NCBI GenBank assembly: GCA_950097015.1
Contig: CATNEN010000001.1
Location: 24,986,001 to 25,050,000, forward strand
Reading direction: 5' to 3'
DNA: 64,000 bases
Source: Macrostomum hystrix
Taxonomy: Eukaryota > Animalia > Platyhelminthes
In this document: piece by piece, positions 34,668 through 48,300 of the stretch
How the letters are laid out: the number at the start of each line of letters is the position of its first letter
Numbering within the stretch: the first letter of the stretch is position 1
The notes under the pieces: model-generated
Told to the model about the DNA's origin: nothing
The model's database searches: none
Seen by the model: only the letters and a program-made list of their open reading frames with translations
Made by a program: the position numbers and the translations under genes

Positions 34668-36345
34668 CCTTGAACAGTGTTTTATTCAGACACCGAGGGA
34701 CAGCAAAGATTTGAAGGATCATCTCTGGTGCCTTCTAGAATATTTAGTTTTCTACTTTCGGAACTGGAATAAGACATTCCAGCTTCGACTGAGCAATTGG
34801 CGGGCTTTCGTCTTTTGTACTTCATAGAGTTAAGTTAATTTTCGAGTCTAGATCGCACCAGCTTTAGTTTCATGACAGTGCGCGCATTGCGCTTTTTTGT
34901 CAGTTAGTTACTCTTGTCTGCCAACAGCAGTGCAATGCCAGAGTTGACTCCTGCTCATCTCGTGTTCTCACCACTCATTTGAATGAGTTGAATCAGTGTT
35001 CTTGCATTTTGCCCTCCTCCACTCACGCTGTCTTGTCTCCAGACCCGGATTATATGAAACTTTCTTGTTACTCTGTGAAACAGACAGTGGCAGACGTTAC
35101 TGTCTATACAACTCCATTACATGTCATCTGGAAGTCCTCGATTTTGCCTGGCTAGATTAATTAGTATTTATTCGTTGATTCATGTCAAATCTTCAATTCT
35201 TTTCCCAGTGCGTGTGAAATGACAATATAGTTATAACTGTTCTGATTGTGTTACAATCCCAAACTCATTGCTGAACACTCTAGCTGTGCCTGTTGCTTTA
35301 CCTCCAACTGTAAAAATAAGAATATCTTTTTCAAAAAGACTATTTACCTGTGGCTTCAATAGTACATCGTCGCACTATTGTGTTTTTTTCTTTTCATTTG
35401 TCTGTGTTTTCTGTAAATAACTATTAAACATGGAAATATACATTTATTAACAAGTTTTTAAGGGCCATTTTAAGATCGAAGAGTATTTTTCTGGCCTGGT
35501 AAATGTTGTGAGTCAGACAGGCTCACAGATAAAACAAACAGAACCCTGACTTGACTTTCTCTTACATTTGTACTCGTACAGTTGTCGATATAAATGAATA
35601 ACTAAAATTGTATATTTGATATTTTATTAGCAAATTTAAATAAACAGAAAACTAGCGAATATGCACAGCGGGCATTTCACACAATGACAGGCTGAGAAAC
35701 AACGCAAGACAACAAGCAATTGAACACAATAGCTGGTTCACAATGCAATTTTGCTCTGACAGTGATTAACTTATTAACAATAAACACGCTGCATGTGAAA
35801 CACGAGTGAGTAAATGGTTATACAGTTCAGCAGGACAACACGCAAGCTAGGATCTACCATTTAGCATTAACGTACCGAGTGCACAACACGACACAATGTG
35901 ATGAGGAATAAACAAAACATTGGGATGTGACAGCCAGTTCAGGGCAGTCACTGAGCCACAGCTCATCCGGTTCTAGAAGCGGAACTGAACAATTTGCTGC
36001 TCGCGACATTGCTTGACATTTGGAGTTTATGCGAACCAGAACAAACTGCACAGGGAGCCAGTTTGTTTAAAGAATAGTTAATAAATAACAGACTGCAATG
36101 CGACAAAGAAAACGGCTGCACAACACTGAATGACATTGCACAGACTTGGGAGCGGTTAAAACTAGTTCAATGAGAATTCAATGGGGGCATTGGTCTGATT
36201 TGTTTTTTTAAAGAGACAAAAACTGAAACAGGGTAAATACAATAGCAGAGTCAGGCAGATTAAAAAAGGCTTCAGCCGACGGGAACGTAGAATGCAACAT
36301 GGGATCATTGTCACTGGGCTGACTGTTCTAATAGACGATTATCTG

Positions 36346-39300
36346 CTAGTCAGTTGAAGGTGCCGCAGCTTCCTCAGTCTTCGGCTGCTGCAGCTGCTGC
36401 TGCTGCTGCTGCTCCTGAGCCTCGCCACCGCTGCCGCCGCCAACACCGAGGCACTCGGACAGAAGGCTGATCATCTCGCTAGACTTCAGAGCCGTACTAA
36501 CTCCGCCAGAAGATGAAACTGCCGTTGGGGCAGCCGCGGGTCCGTCACCGCAGGCAGCTGCAGCAGCAGCTTCGCCATCGTCCTCATCCGCGGCAGCTCC
36601 GCTGGCCTGGCGCCGCTTCTTCACTGGAGACGCAACCAAGGGCTCGCGCTTCACCGCCACAGCCGGCCGCTTCCGCTTCCGCTTGTCGCCGTTCACTTCA
36701 GCAGCGCCACCTTCAGCGTCATCGTCGACATCGTCAGCCAGATCGGCCACCTCGCTGCCGCTGTTACTGGAGCCACCGGGGCCGACAGCGTCCGACACAA
36801 CGTCCTTCTCAAGGCGCAGCTTCTCGCAGGCGATTCGGTGAACGCCGACCTCCACTGAGTCGGCAGCCAGCAGGCGAATGACGCGGACGGGGCGGTCCTG
36901 GCCCAGCCGGTGGCAGCGGTCCTCGGCCTGCTTGTCGTTGTACGGATTGAAGTCGATGTCGTGAATGATGACGGTGTCAGCCGCGGTCAAGTTGATGCCT
37001 GGGTTGGTTAGATGAGGTGTTAAAATTAGTGAACAGATAATGCTACCAGTTGGGACTGGCTGCGATCTGGTCAGTTGACCCTACTTGAAACTAGCCAATG
37101 TCCACTCCACTCCCGCGACGGTAGGAGGATAGAAAAGTGCAGCAGACAGTTAATGTAAACAGTTCGACAAGCCCTGTTAGCTTCCAACTGGTCCGGTGGG
37201 CGGTTGGTTTCAATGACCTCTATTTGTTCTGTGCTTGCGAGGCGCGTCTAAATCTAAATCAAGCATCTCGCCTTGAACACTACGCCATGAAGATAGTTAA
37301 CCATTTACCGTGTAAAAGCATTAAAAAGCCTATATAAACCCAATAAACCTGGATACATATTTAGTGTTGCAGCTATGCATGATATGGATCACCCATACAG
37401 ATTTATCTCTGTGTAATATCTCTGTTCAAAGGGAAATAACGCGGCACAGACCGACTAAAAAAGCTGAAATTAGATTGATGGCCGAATAAAATGAAGGAGG
37501 CTAGTAGAGAGCATTGGTACAAACAACCAATGAATTATGAGCATGAGAAAAATCAATGGACAGACAGGACAGACAGACAGACAGTCAGTCAGACAGGCAG
37601 ACAGACAGGCAGGCTAGTAGGTAGACAGATAGACAGACAGTCGCAGGCCACTAACCCAGTCCGCCAGCGCGGGTGCTGAGCAGGAACACTGGGATGCTGC
37701 AGTCGTCAGCGAATCTGTCCAGCAGGGTCTGCCGTTCGGCAACAGGCGTGGAGCCGTCGATACGGAGGAAGCGAACAGCGCGCAGCTGCAGGTAGGCCTG
37801 CACAATGTCCAGCATCATGACGAACTGGCTGAACAGGGCCACTCGGTGACCGGCGGCGGTGAGCTCGGGCAGCAGGCGGTCCAGGACCACGAGCTTGCCA
37901 GAGAGCATGAGGTGCTCAGACTCGTCCAGCTGGTGCTCAAGCAGCACGGGGTACATCTGACAGGTGCGGTGCAGCTCAAAGTCGTTCATGGCCGCCAGGT
38001 CTTCATAGATGTAGTCCTCGTTAGCGCGCAGATGCCCCGGATCCTGCAGCATCTTCTTGGCCATCTGTTTGAGCAGCTGGTCAGTGTAGACTCGGCGGTG
38101 CAGCAGGCAGTGATTGGCGGCCTTGCGCAGCTGCAGGATGTAGTTGACAGCCACCTCACCGCCCTTCTCGCTGCCGCCAGCATTGGATTCGAACCTGCGA
38201 CGCAGGTTGGCAACCAGTTCCTGGTACTCTAGGCGCTGTCTGTCAGTCATGGGAACCAGCATGACCTCCTCAGTCTTGGCTGGCAGCTGTGTCAGCACCT
38301 GAGCCTTGGTGCGGCGCAGAAAGAAGGGCCGCATGAGGCGCTTGGCGTGCTGGATGCGCTCCATTTCGTAGGTGGTGCGGTCGGTCACGGTCGGAGCTGC
38401 CGACTCGTCAGTGGTGGACGAGCGCTGATGGTGGCAAAATAATTTTTAGGGATATGAGACACAGACGTGAAATTTGGCGACAATTTGAGATCTACAGTAC
38501 AGTTGCAGGTGATCTGGCTTGACATTCTCATCGAAGTGTCTCCAGCTTACCGAGAACAGGTTAAACATCTTCTTGAGCAGGTCCGCACACTGCCTGGAAG
38601 CGCTGAAGATGTCGGGAATGACAAAGGACAGCAGCGACATCAGCTCGACCAGGTTGTTCTGCAGCGGAGTGCCGGTGAGAAGAATTCTCCGTTTGACACG
38701 AAAGTTCATCAGCACCTTGTAGCGCCTCGACTGACAGTTCTTCAGCATGTGCGCCTCGTCAAAGATACCGTACTCGAAGTCCAGGTTCTTCATCATCGCC
38801 CGGTCCTCCAGCGTCCCAGTGGCGATGTTGTAGCTGGTGGAGTGGATTGCAGGGTGGCTTGAAGGTTTGATTTAAAGTCTCAGGGTCATGAGTGGGTCAT
38901 AGTGACCTGTTAGTCGATAAAGCTACTGGGTCATGAGTGGATCATCGTGACCCGTCAATTTAAAAAACTACTGGGTCATGAGTGGGTCATGGTGACCCGT
39001 CAATAGGAAAAATACTGGGTCATGAGTGGGTCATGGTGACCCGTCAATTGAAAAAACTACTGGGTCATGAGTGGGTCATAGTGACCCGTCAATAGAAAAA
39101 AACTACTGGGTCATGAGTAGGTCATAGTGACCCGTCAATAGAAAAAACTACTGGGTCATGAGTGGGTCATGGTGACCCGTCAATTGAAAAAACTACTGGG
39201 TCATGAGTGGGTCATGGTGACCCGTCAATTGAAAAAACTACTGGGTCATGAGTGGGTCATGGTGACCCGTCAATTGAAAAAACTACTGGGTCATGAGTGG

Positions 39301-42300
39301 GTCATGGTGACCCGTCAATAGAAAAAACTACTGGGTCATGAGTGGGTCATGGTGACCCGTCAATAGAAAAAAACTACTGGGTCATGAGTGGGTCACGGTG
39401 ACCCATCAATAGAAAAAAACTACTGGGTCATGAGTGGGTCATGGTGACCCGTCAATTGAAAAAACTACTGGGTCATGAGTGGGTCATGGTGACCCGTCAA
39501 TAGAAAAAAACTACTGGGTCATGAGTGGGTCACGGTGACCCATCAATAGAAAAAAACTACTGGGTCATGAGTGGGTCATGGTGACCCGTCAATTGAAAAA
39601 ACTACTGGGTCATGAGTGGGTCATGGTGACCCGTCAATAGAAAAAAACTACTGGGTCATGAGTGGGTCATGGTGACCCGTCAATTGAAAAAATTACTGGG
39701 TTACGAGTGGATCATGGTGACCTGTCTTTTTTTAATCCTGTGGGATTAAAAATCCTCTGCGATAGCAGCTCTAAGTGACTCATGAAGTCATGAACTAAGT
39801 CAATAGCATGGAAGTCATGCAAACACACTGTAGGCTAGATGATTACACAGGTTTTAGTAAAACTTTGCGACTCTAACCAGAATCACAGAAACGCCACATC
39901 ATTCAGTCATGCATATAAATAGAAGCCCCAAATAAACTGTACTATATTAGCATCAAAGTGACCCAGTGAGACTGCTCATTTAGTACTGCAATAATATAAT
40001 GAAAGTAGGTTTAATTTTAGATGCATTGTTGAAAATAATTGAATAGAATACTTGAAGAATGATGACAACCTTGTAGGCAATTGGAAAAGCAGCAAAGATG
40101 CAGTTGAGACTAAAAGCGAGTAGAGAAATGAGAACTGTGGAGCGCGGGCTCAGGGTGGAAACCAGACGCGGCATTGGGAGGGAATGAAAAAGAAGGGATT
40201 AGCTGGCTGGGCCGAGATCCCCTAAGGAAATTAGTAATTATTCCTAAGCTCCTTCACAAAAAAACAGAAAAAAATAGCTTGAAGCCGGTCCAGACTAAGC
40301 AAAAGTCGCGCCTCTTCTGCCTTGCACTTTTGCCGACCTAGATAGCTGGCGGCGAGGACCTGCGACCTTGAGGACAGCCAATCAGCGTTAAGCTAGCAGC
40401 TTGCTGATGTCTAGACAGGAAATTTAGTTTAACTGGGAATGGGAATATTTATACCCACAGCAGCGATAAATCTGGTATGCTTTTGGAGGCATTGTAAAGA
40501 ATTTGAATCGACCAAATGTTAAACAAATATTCATGCCAATACTGTGAAACCTTTATACACAAAAAGAAAAAGAAAACATGGAGGGTAATTTATAATGAAA
40601 AGAGCTGAACAAGTGGCAGAAGACGTGACCAAATGAATTTTAAACTGTCTGATTTTTAGTTAAAGTTTAATAAAACTACTGTTAGACCCTGAAGACACAG
40701 GGAAAGCAGACCCTGAAGACACAGGGAAAGCAGACCCTGAAGACACGGGAAAGGAGACCCTGAAGACACAGGGAAAGCAGACCCTGAAGACACAGGGAAA
40801 GCAGACCCTGAAGACACGGGAAAGGAGACCCTGAAGACACGGGAAAGGAGACCCTGAAGACACGGGAAAGGAGACCCTGAAGACACAGGGAAAGCAGACC
40901 CTGAAGACACGGGAAAGGAGACCCTGAAGACACGGGAAAGGAGACCCTGAAGACACAGGGAAAGCAGACCCTGAAGACACGGGAAAGGAGACCCTGAAGA
41001 CACAGGGAAAGGAGACCCTGAAGACACAGGGAAAGCAGACCCTGAAGACACAGGGAAAGCAGACCCTGAAGACACGGGAAAGGAGACCCTGAAGACACAG
41101 GGAAAGGAGACCCTGAAGACACAGGGAAAGGAGACCCTGAAGACACAGGGAAAGCAGACCCTGAAGACACGGGAAAGGAGACCCTGAAGACACAGGGAAA
41201 GCAGACCCTGAAGACACGGGAAAGGAGACCCTGAAGACACAGGGAAAGGAGACCCTGAAGACACAGGGAAAGCAGACCCTGAAGACACGGGAAAGGAGAC
41301 CCTGAAGACACAGGGAAAGGAGACCCTGAAGACACAGGGAAAGCAGACCCTGAAGACACAGGGAAAGGAGACCCTGAAGACACAGGGAAAGCAGACCCTG
41401 AAGACACGGGAAAGGAGACCCTGAAGACACGGGAAAGGAGACCCTGAAGACACAGGGAAAGCAGACCCTGAAGACACGGGAAAGGAGACCCTGAAGACAC
41501 GGGAAAGGAGACCCTGAAGACACAGGGAAAGCAGACCCTGAAGACACGGGAAAGGAGACCCTGAAGACACAGGGAAAGGAGACCCTGAAGACACAGGGAA
41601 AGCAGACCCTGAAGACACAGGGAAAGCAGACCCTGAAGACACGGGAAAGGAGACCCTGAAGACACAGGGAAAGCAGACCCTGAAGACACGGGAAAGGAGA
41701 CCCTGAAGACACAGGGAAAGGAGACCCTGAAGACACAGGGAAAGCAGACCCTGAAGACACGGGAAAGGAGACCCTGAAGACACGGGAAAGGAGACCCTGA
41801 AGACACAGGGAAAGCAGACCCTGAAGACACGGGAAAGGAGACCCTGAAGACACAGGGAAAGCAGACCCTGAAGACACGGGAAAGGAGACCCTGAAGACAC
41901 AGGGAAAGGAGACCCTGAAGACACAGGGAAAGCAGACCCTGAAGACACAGGGAAAGCAGACCCTGAAGACACGGGAAAGGAGACCCTGAAGACACAGGGA
42001 AAGCAGACCCTGAAGACACAGGGAAAGCGACCCTGAAGACACGGGAAAGGAGACCCTGAAGACATAGGGAAAGCAGACCCTGAAGACACAGGGAAAGCGA
42101 CCCTGAAGACACAGGGAAAGCGACCCTGAAGACACAGGGAAAGCAGACCCTGAAAACACAGGGAAAGCAGACCCTGAAGACACAGGGAAAGCAGACCCTG
42201 AAGACACAGGGAAAGAAGACCCTGAAGACACAGGGAAAGGAGACCCTGAAGACACAGGGAAAGGAGACCCTGAAGACACATGGAAAGGAGACCCTGAAGA

Positions 42301-45300
42301 CACAGGAAAGCAGACCCTGAGGACACAGGGAAAGCGACCCTGAAGACACGGGGAAAGCGACCCTGAAGACACGGGAAAGGAGACCCTGAAGACACAGGGA
42401 AAGCAGACCCTGAAGACACAGGGAAAGCGACCCTGAAGACACAGGGAAAGGAGACCCTGAAGACACGGGAAAGGAGACCCTGAAGACATAGGGAAAGCAG
42501 ACCCTGAAGACACAGGGAAAGCGACCCTGAAGACACAGGGAAAGCGACCCTGAAGACACAGGGAAAGCAGACCCTGAAGACACAGGGAAAGCAGACCCTG
42601 AAGACACAGGGAAAGCAGACCCTGAAGACACAGGGAAAGAAGACCCTGAAGACACAGGGAAAGGAGACCCTGAAGACACAGGGAAAGGAGACCCTGAAGA
42701 CACAGGGAAAGGAGACCCTGAAGACACAGGGAAAGCGACCCTGAAGACACAGGGAAAGCAGACCCTGAAGACACAGGGAAAGCAGACCCTGAAGACACAG
42801 GGAAAGCAGACCCTGAAGACACAGGGAAAGCGACCCTGAAGACACGGGAAAGGAGACCCTGAAGACATAGGGAAAGCAGACCCTGAAGACACAGGGAAAG
42901 CGACCCTGAAGACACAGGAAAGCAGACCCTGAAGACACATGGAAAGCAGACCCTGAAGACACATGGAAAGCAGACCCTGAAGACACAGGGAAAGGAGACC
43001 CTGAAGACACAGGAAAGCAGACCCTGAAGACACAGGGAAAGGAGACCCTGAAGACACGGGAAAGGAGACCCTGAAGACACAGGGAAAGGAGACCCTGAAG
43101 ACACAGGGAAAGCGACCCTGAAGACACAGGGAAAGCAGACCCTGAAGACACAGGGAAAGCAGACCCTGAAGACACAGGGAAAGCAGACCCTGAAGACACA
43201 GGGAAAGCAGACCCTGAAGACACAGGGAAAGAAGACCCTGAAGACACAGGGAAAGGAGACCCTGAAGACACAGGGAAAGCAGACCCTGAAGACACAGGGA
43301 AAGGAGACCCTGAAGACACAGGGAAAGGAGACCCTGAAGACACAGGGAAAGCGACCCCGAAGACACAGGGAAAGCGACCCTGAAGACAATGGAAAGCAGA
43401 CCCTGAAGACACAGGAAAGCAGACCCTGAAGACACGGGAAAGGAGACCCTGAAGACATAGGGAAAGCAGACCCTGAAGACACAGGGAAAGCAGACCCCGA
43501 AGACACAGGGAAAGCAGACCCTGAAGACACAGGGAAAGCAGACCCTGAAGACACAGGAAAGCAGACCCTGAAGACACAGGGAAAGCAGACCCTGAAGACA
43601 CAGGGAAAGCAGACCCTGAAGACACAGGGAAAGCAGACCCTGAAGACACAGGGAAAGCAGACCCTGAAGACACAGGGAAAGCAGACCCTGAAGACACAGG
43701 AAAGGAGACCCTGAAGACACAGGGAAAGCAGACCCTGAAGACACGGGAAAGGAGACCCTGAAGACACAGGGAAAGCGACCCCGAAGACACAGGGAAAGCG
43801 ACCCTGAAGACAATGGAAAGCAGACCCTGAAGACACAGGAAAGCAGACCCTGAAGACACATGGAAAGCAGACCTTGAAGACAATGGAAAGCAGACCCTGA
43901 AGACACAGGGAAAGCAGACCCTGAAGACACAGGAAAGCAGACCCTGAAGACACAGGGAAAGCAGACCCTGAAGACACATGGAAAGCAGACCCTGAAGACA
44001 CAGGGAAAGGAGACCCTGAAGACACATGGAAAGCAGACCCTGAAGACACATGGAAAGGAGACCCTGAAGACACAGTGAAAGCAGACCCTGAAGACACAGG
44101 GAAAGCAGACCCTGAAGACACAGGGAAAGCAGACCCTGAAGACACATGGAAAGCAGACCCTGAAGACACAGGGAAAGGAGACCCTGAAGACACATGGAAA
44201 GCAGACCCTGAAGACACAGGGAAAGCAGACCCTGAAGACACAGGAAAGCAGACCCTGAAGACACAGGGAAAGCAGACCCTGAAGACACAGGGAAAGCAGA
44301 CCCTGAAGACACAGGGAAAACGACCCCGAAGACACGGGAAAGGAGACCCTGAAGACACAGGGAAAGCGACCCTGAAGACAATGGAAAGCAGAGCTGAAGA
44401 CACAGGAAAGGAGACCCTGAAGACAATGGAAAGCAGAGCTGAAGACACAGGAAAGCAGACCCTGAAGACACATAGAAGGCAGACCCTGAAGACACAGGAA
44501 AGCAGACCCTGAAGACACATGGAAAGCAGACCCTGAAGACACATGGAAAGCAGACCCTGAAGACACAGGGAAAGGAGACCCTGAAGACACAGGGAAAGCA
44601 GACCCTGAAGACACAGGGAAAGCAGACCCTGAAGACACATAGAAGGCAGACCCTGAAGACACAGGAAAGCAGACCCTGAAGACACATGGAAAGCAGACCC
44701 TGAAGACACATGGAAAGCAGACCCTGAAGACACAGGGAAAGGAGACCCTGAAGACACAGGAAAGCAGACCCTGAAGACACATGGAAAGCAGACCCTGAAG
44801 ACACAGGGAAAGGAGACCCTGAAGACACAGTGAAAGCAGACCCTGAAGACACAGGGAAAGCAGACCCTGAAGACAATGGAAAGCAGACCCTGAAGACACA
44901 GGAAAAGAAGACCCTGAAGACAATGGAAAGCAGACCCTGAAGACACGGGAAAGCAGACCCTGAAGACACAGGGAAAGGAGACCCTGAAGACACAGGAAAG
45001 CAGACCCTGAAGACACATGGAAAGCAGACCCTGAAGACACAGGGAAATGAGACCCTGAAGACACAGTGAAAGCAGACCCTGAAGACACAGGGAAAGCAGA
45101 CCCTGAAGACAATGGAAAGCAGACCCTGAAGACACAGGAAAAGAAGACCCTGAAGACAATGGAAAGCAGACCCTGAAGACACGGGAAAGCAGACCCTGAA
45201 GACACAGGGAAAGCAGACCCTGAAGACAATGGAAAGCAGACCCTGAAGACACAGGAAAAGAAGACCCTGAAGACAATGGAAAGCAGACCCTGAAGACAAT

Positions 45301-48300
45301 GGAAAGCAGACCCTGAAGACACAGTGAAAGCAGACCCTGAAGACACAGGGAAAGCAGACCCTGAAGACACAGGAAAGCAGACCCTGAAGACACAGGAAAA
45401 GAAGACCCTGAAGACACGGGAAAGCAGACCCTGAAGACACGGGAAAGCAGACCCTGAAGACACGGGAAAGCAGACCCTGATAAATGAAGATTAGCATGTC
45501 ATTATAGAGTAGAAAGCTCATGTGAATCCAGAGTAGCCCGCAGAGAAGGCAAGCAACAAACTGCATTGAATTAAGCTGTACTCACGTGGTGAGCAGCACA
45601 TGAAACTGAGTCTCTCCGCTGTAGATGGCCAGCCGGACGGATTTGCGCTCCTCCATGCTGCCGTGATAGGTCACTGCCTTCAGCTGGGGGCACCATTTGC
45701 GTATCTCGCGCTCCCAGTTCACCAGGGTGCTAGATGGCACAATGACCAGGTGAGGTCCCTGGTCGCCCTCCTCGAGCAGCTGGGCCAGGAAAGCAATTAT
45801 CTGGATGGTTTTGCCTGGGAAAGAGAAAAATGAAACATCGGTGTCTAGTTTAATTAGATGTGTCTGAAGAGCTAGTACAGAATTGAAGACAAAAAAACTA
45901 GCCTGTGGAACAGAACCTGTGAAAGTTTGAACTGGTTAATGGCGGCATACAACACTAGTGCGCAGTGGAAATATAAAAAACCTGTTTTAACTTTCAGTTT
46001 TTATCTAACTAGACTACTTAGAGTAGAAAAACACGATTTTATAAAGTAACTTCTGAATTCTTAACCACTTTGTCACAGTGAGAGTGTGGATTGCCAGGGC
46101 AGTCGGAGCTGTTGTACATCTAAGAGTGTGTGCTCATGAGTCAGCGGAATGGGCAGATTCTGATTGCGTGTCTACTGTACGCAAATGAACAAGGCTCAAC
46201 AAGGGATTCCATGTCCCGACCAGGGACCTAATCCCATCCTCCAGTATCTGTACCAAGATAAGGCACTGAATAATCTAAACACCAGGAGAGTTGGACCAAC
46301 ACCAAGAACTGCCGCCAGACCAGGGCAGCGGGGGTCCACTATCCTTCGCACAACCTGTGCGAAACCAAGGCTCTCTGAAGTTGCAGGTATCTCAGCGACA
46401 CCTGGGAGAGCCGACTACTTCCCCACTGACCGATGGGTCTCGCTGAGCAACACCAGGGTGACGAAGTTATTCGGGTGGGTGTACAAGCGCCCCAGCTCAC
46501 CAAGTCCCATCTGATCGCCCAGAATGGCAGACAGGTTCTCTTCGTGCAGCAGGCGCAGCCAGTTCAGCCCGACCATCTGGTAGGGCTTGAGGTGCAGGTC
46601 CGGGTTGAGCGCTGCAGGCTGCAGGGTGATGCCGCCGGTGTCGCTAGCCGAGTCCAGAGTCACGGAGTCCAGTAGGGAGGCCACGCGAGCCTCTAGCTTC
46701 TGGGTGATGACCTCGCACTTGTTCATGAGGTAGACAATCATGCGCCGCATGTGGAGCACCTCGCGAGCGCCCTGCACCAGCGAGCTGTTGAACTGGCGAT
46801 GGCCCTCCAGCCTAGCCAGCAGGTCGTCAAAGTCATCGAATGGGCGCATCTTGTACAGAATCTCAGCCTTCTTCTTGGACACAGTGGGAATGTGCATCAG
46901 CTCGCTTAGTGCAGCCGAGTTAAAGAACTCCAGGACCGCCGACTTGTCCTCGTCCGATTGGACGGAGTGTTTCTGGTTGCCATGGGAATAGTTTGCGTGC
47001 GATGCTTAGATGTAGGATATTAATACTCCCTAATATCAATATTAATTTATAAATTAAGGATACCATTGTCCATTATCTAATATCAAGATCCGATCTTAGA
47101 AAATAAAAATCCCATCTGAGAATATCAAGATCCCATCTGAGTTTATCAAGATCCCATCTGAGAATATCAAGATCCCATCTGAGATTATCAAGATCCCATC
47201 TTAGAATATCAAAATCCCATCTGAGAATATCAAAATCCCATCTGAGAATATCAAAATCCCATCTGAGAATATCAAGATCCCATCTTAGAATATCTAGATC
47301 CCATCTTAGAATATCAAGATACCATTCCTGAAAACCAAAATCATAATCCCATATATGAATATCTAATCTCTGAATGCAGATTCCATTCCGCAGTAACAAA
47401 GATTATGCCCAACTCACATTCTCGTAGTCGCTATCCTCGCTATCATAGTCTCGCTCCCTATTGTAACTCATGTCCTCTTCGTAGGTGCCGCTCATGATTT
47501 CGTCTTCCTCAGATATGTGAGTAGCAGTAGCGGCAGCAGCAGCAGCAGGGGTGTTGACAGTCAGCTTAGCTTTGCTAGATGCTGCGGTTGTTGGCACCTC
47601 TGGAATAGAAGACATAGCAAGCCATATAGACTTCAAGTATATCCCAATGAGACTGCATTGTTTGAAAAAGACCAACATAATAACTAACTTTTTGCACATT
47701 CTGTAATATTCAATAAAATCTAAGCAAAGTGCTTGGCACAATTGTTTGTTGTTTTCCCTACTTAAGGACAACAATAAAGCCTAATTAAAGTGAAACAATA
47801 GTTAGTAAACAATAACAGATCAACAGGCCGTTTTGGCAACAAAACACCCTCTCAATAAAATTTACAAGCCAAAATGTCAGGTAGTTTAAAATGCGGTCAA
47901 TCAGATAGCCAGTTAGTCAGCAATCGAACACAATTTTTTAAAATGAAATATACAGTCAGTCAGTCAGTAAGTCAGGTTAGGCCTAGTATGGCCATGGTCT
48001 AGCATGTCCTGCTGCTGCAAGCAAGGTGAGGCGCGGGTTTGATGTGCAAAGCTTTAACACCTGTAATTGCTTCTATAATGCGGATAGGCAATGTGCAAAT
48101 TAATTCAGTACAAATACGAGTATAACGTTAATTTAGAACCAAATAAATATGGGGAGAATAGAAGATTGGAAGATATAAGTATGGGGAGAATTTAGAAAGG
48201 AAGAAGAAATATTGGGGAGCAATCGAAGATATTAGGTTAGGAAACTGGAATGCTTATTCAACAGCAGAGCACTGCAGACACACGCGCAAGCAGCACAGAC

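Noticed and set aside
38882-39725. CRISPR-like appearance (palindromic repeats at regular spacing)
   Set aside because: No unique spacers and no cas genes, in a eukaryotic intron. The same applies to all other arrays here.
40684-45480. Hammerhead-ribozyme core (CUGAAGA-N6-GAAA) in every 24-bp unit
   Set aside because: No NUH cleavage triplet and no stems I or III (the only U is within CUGA). At most a coincidental or vestigial match.
40656-45566. Three ~1600-aa ORFs on the minus strand
   Set aside because: Artefact of a 23-24-bp satellite with no stops on that strand. All three frames give the same cyclic peptides, and the array lies in a SMARCAD1 intron.
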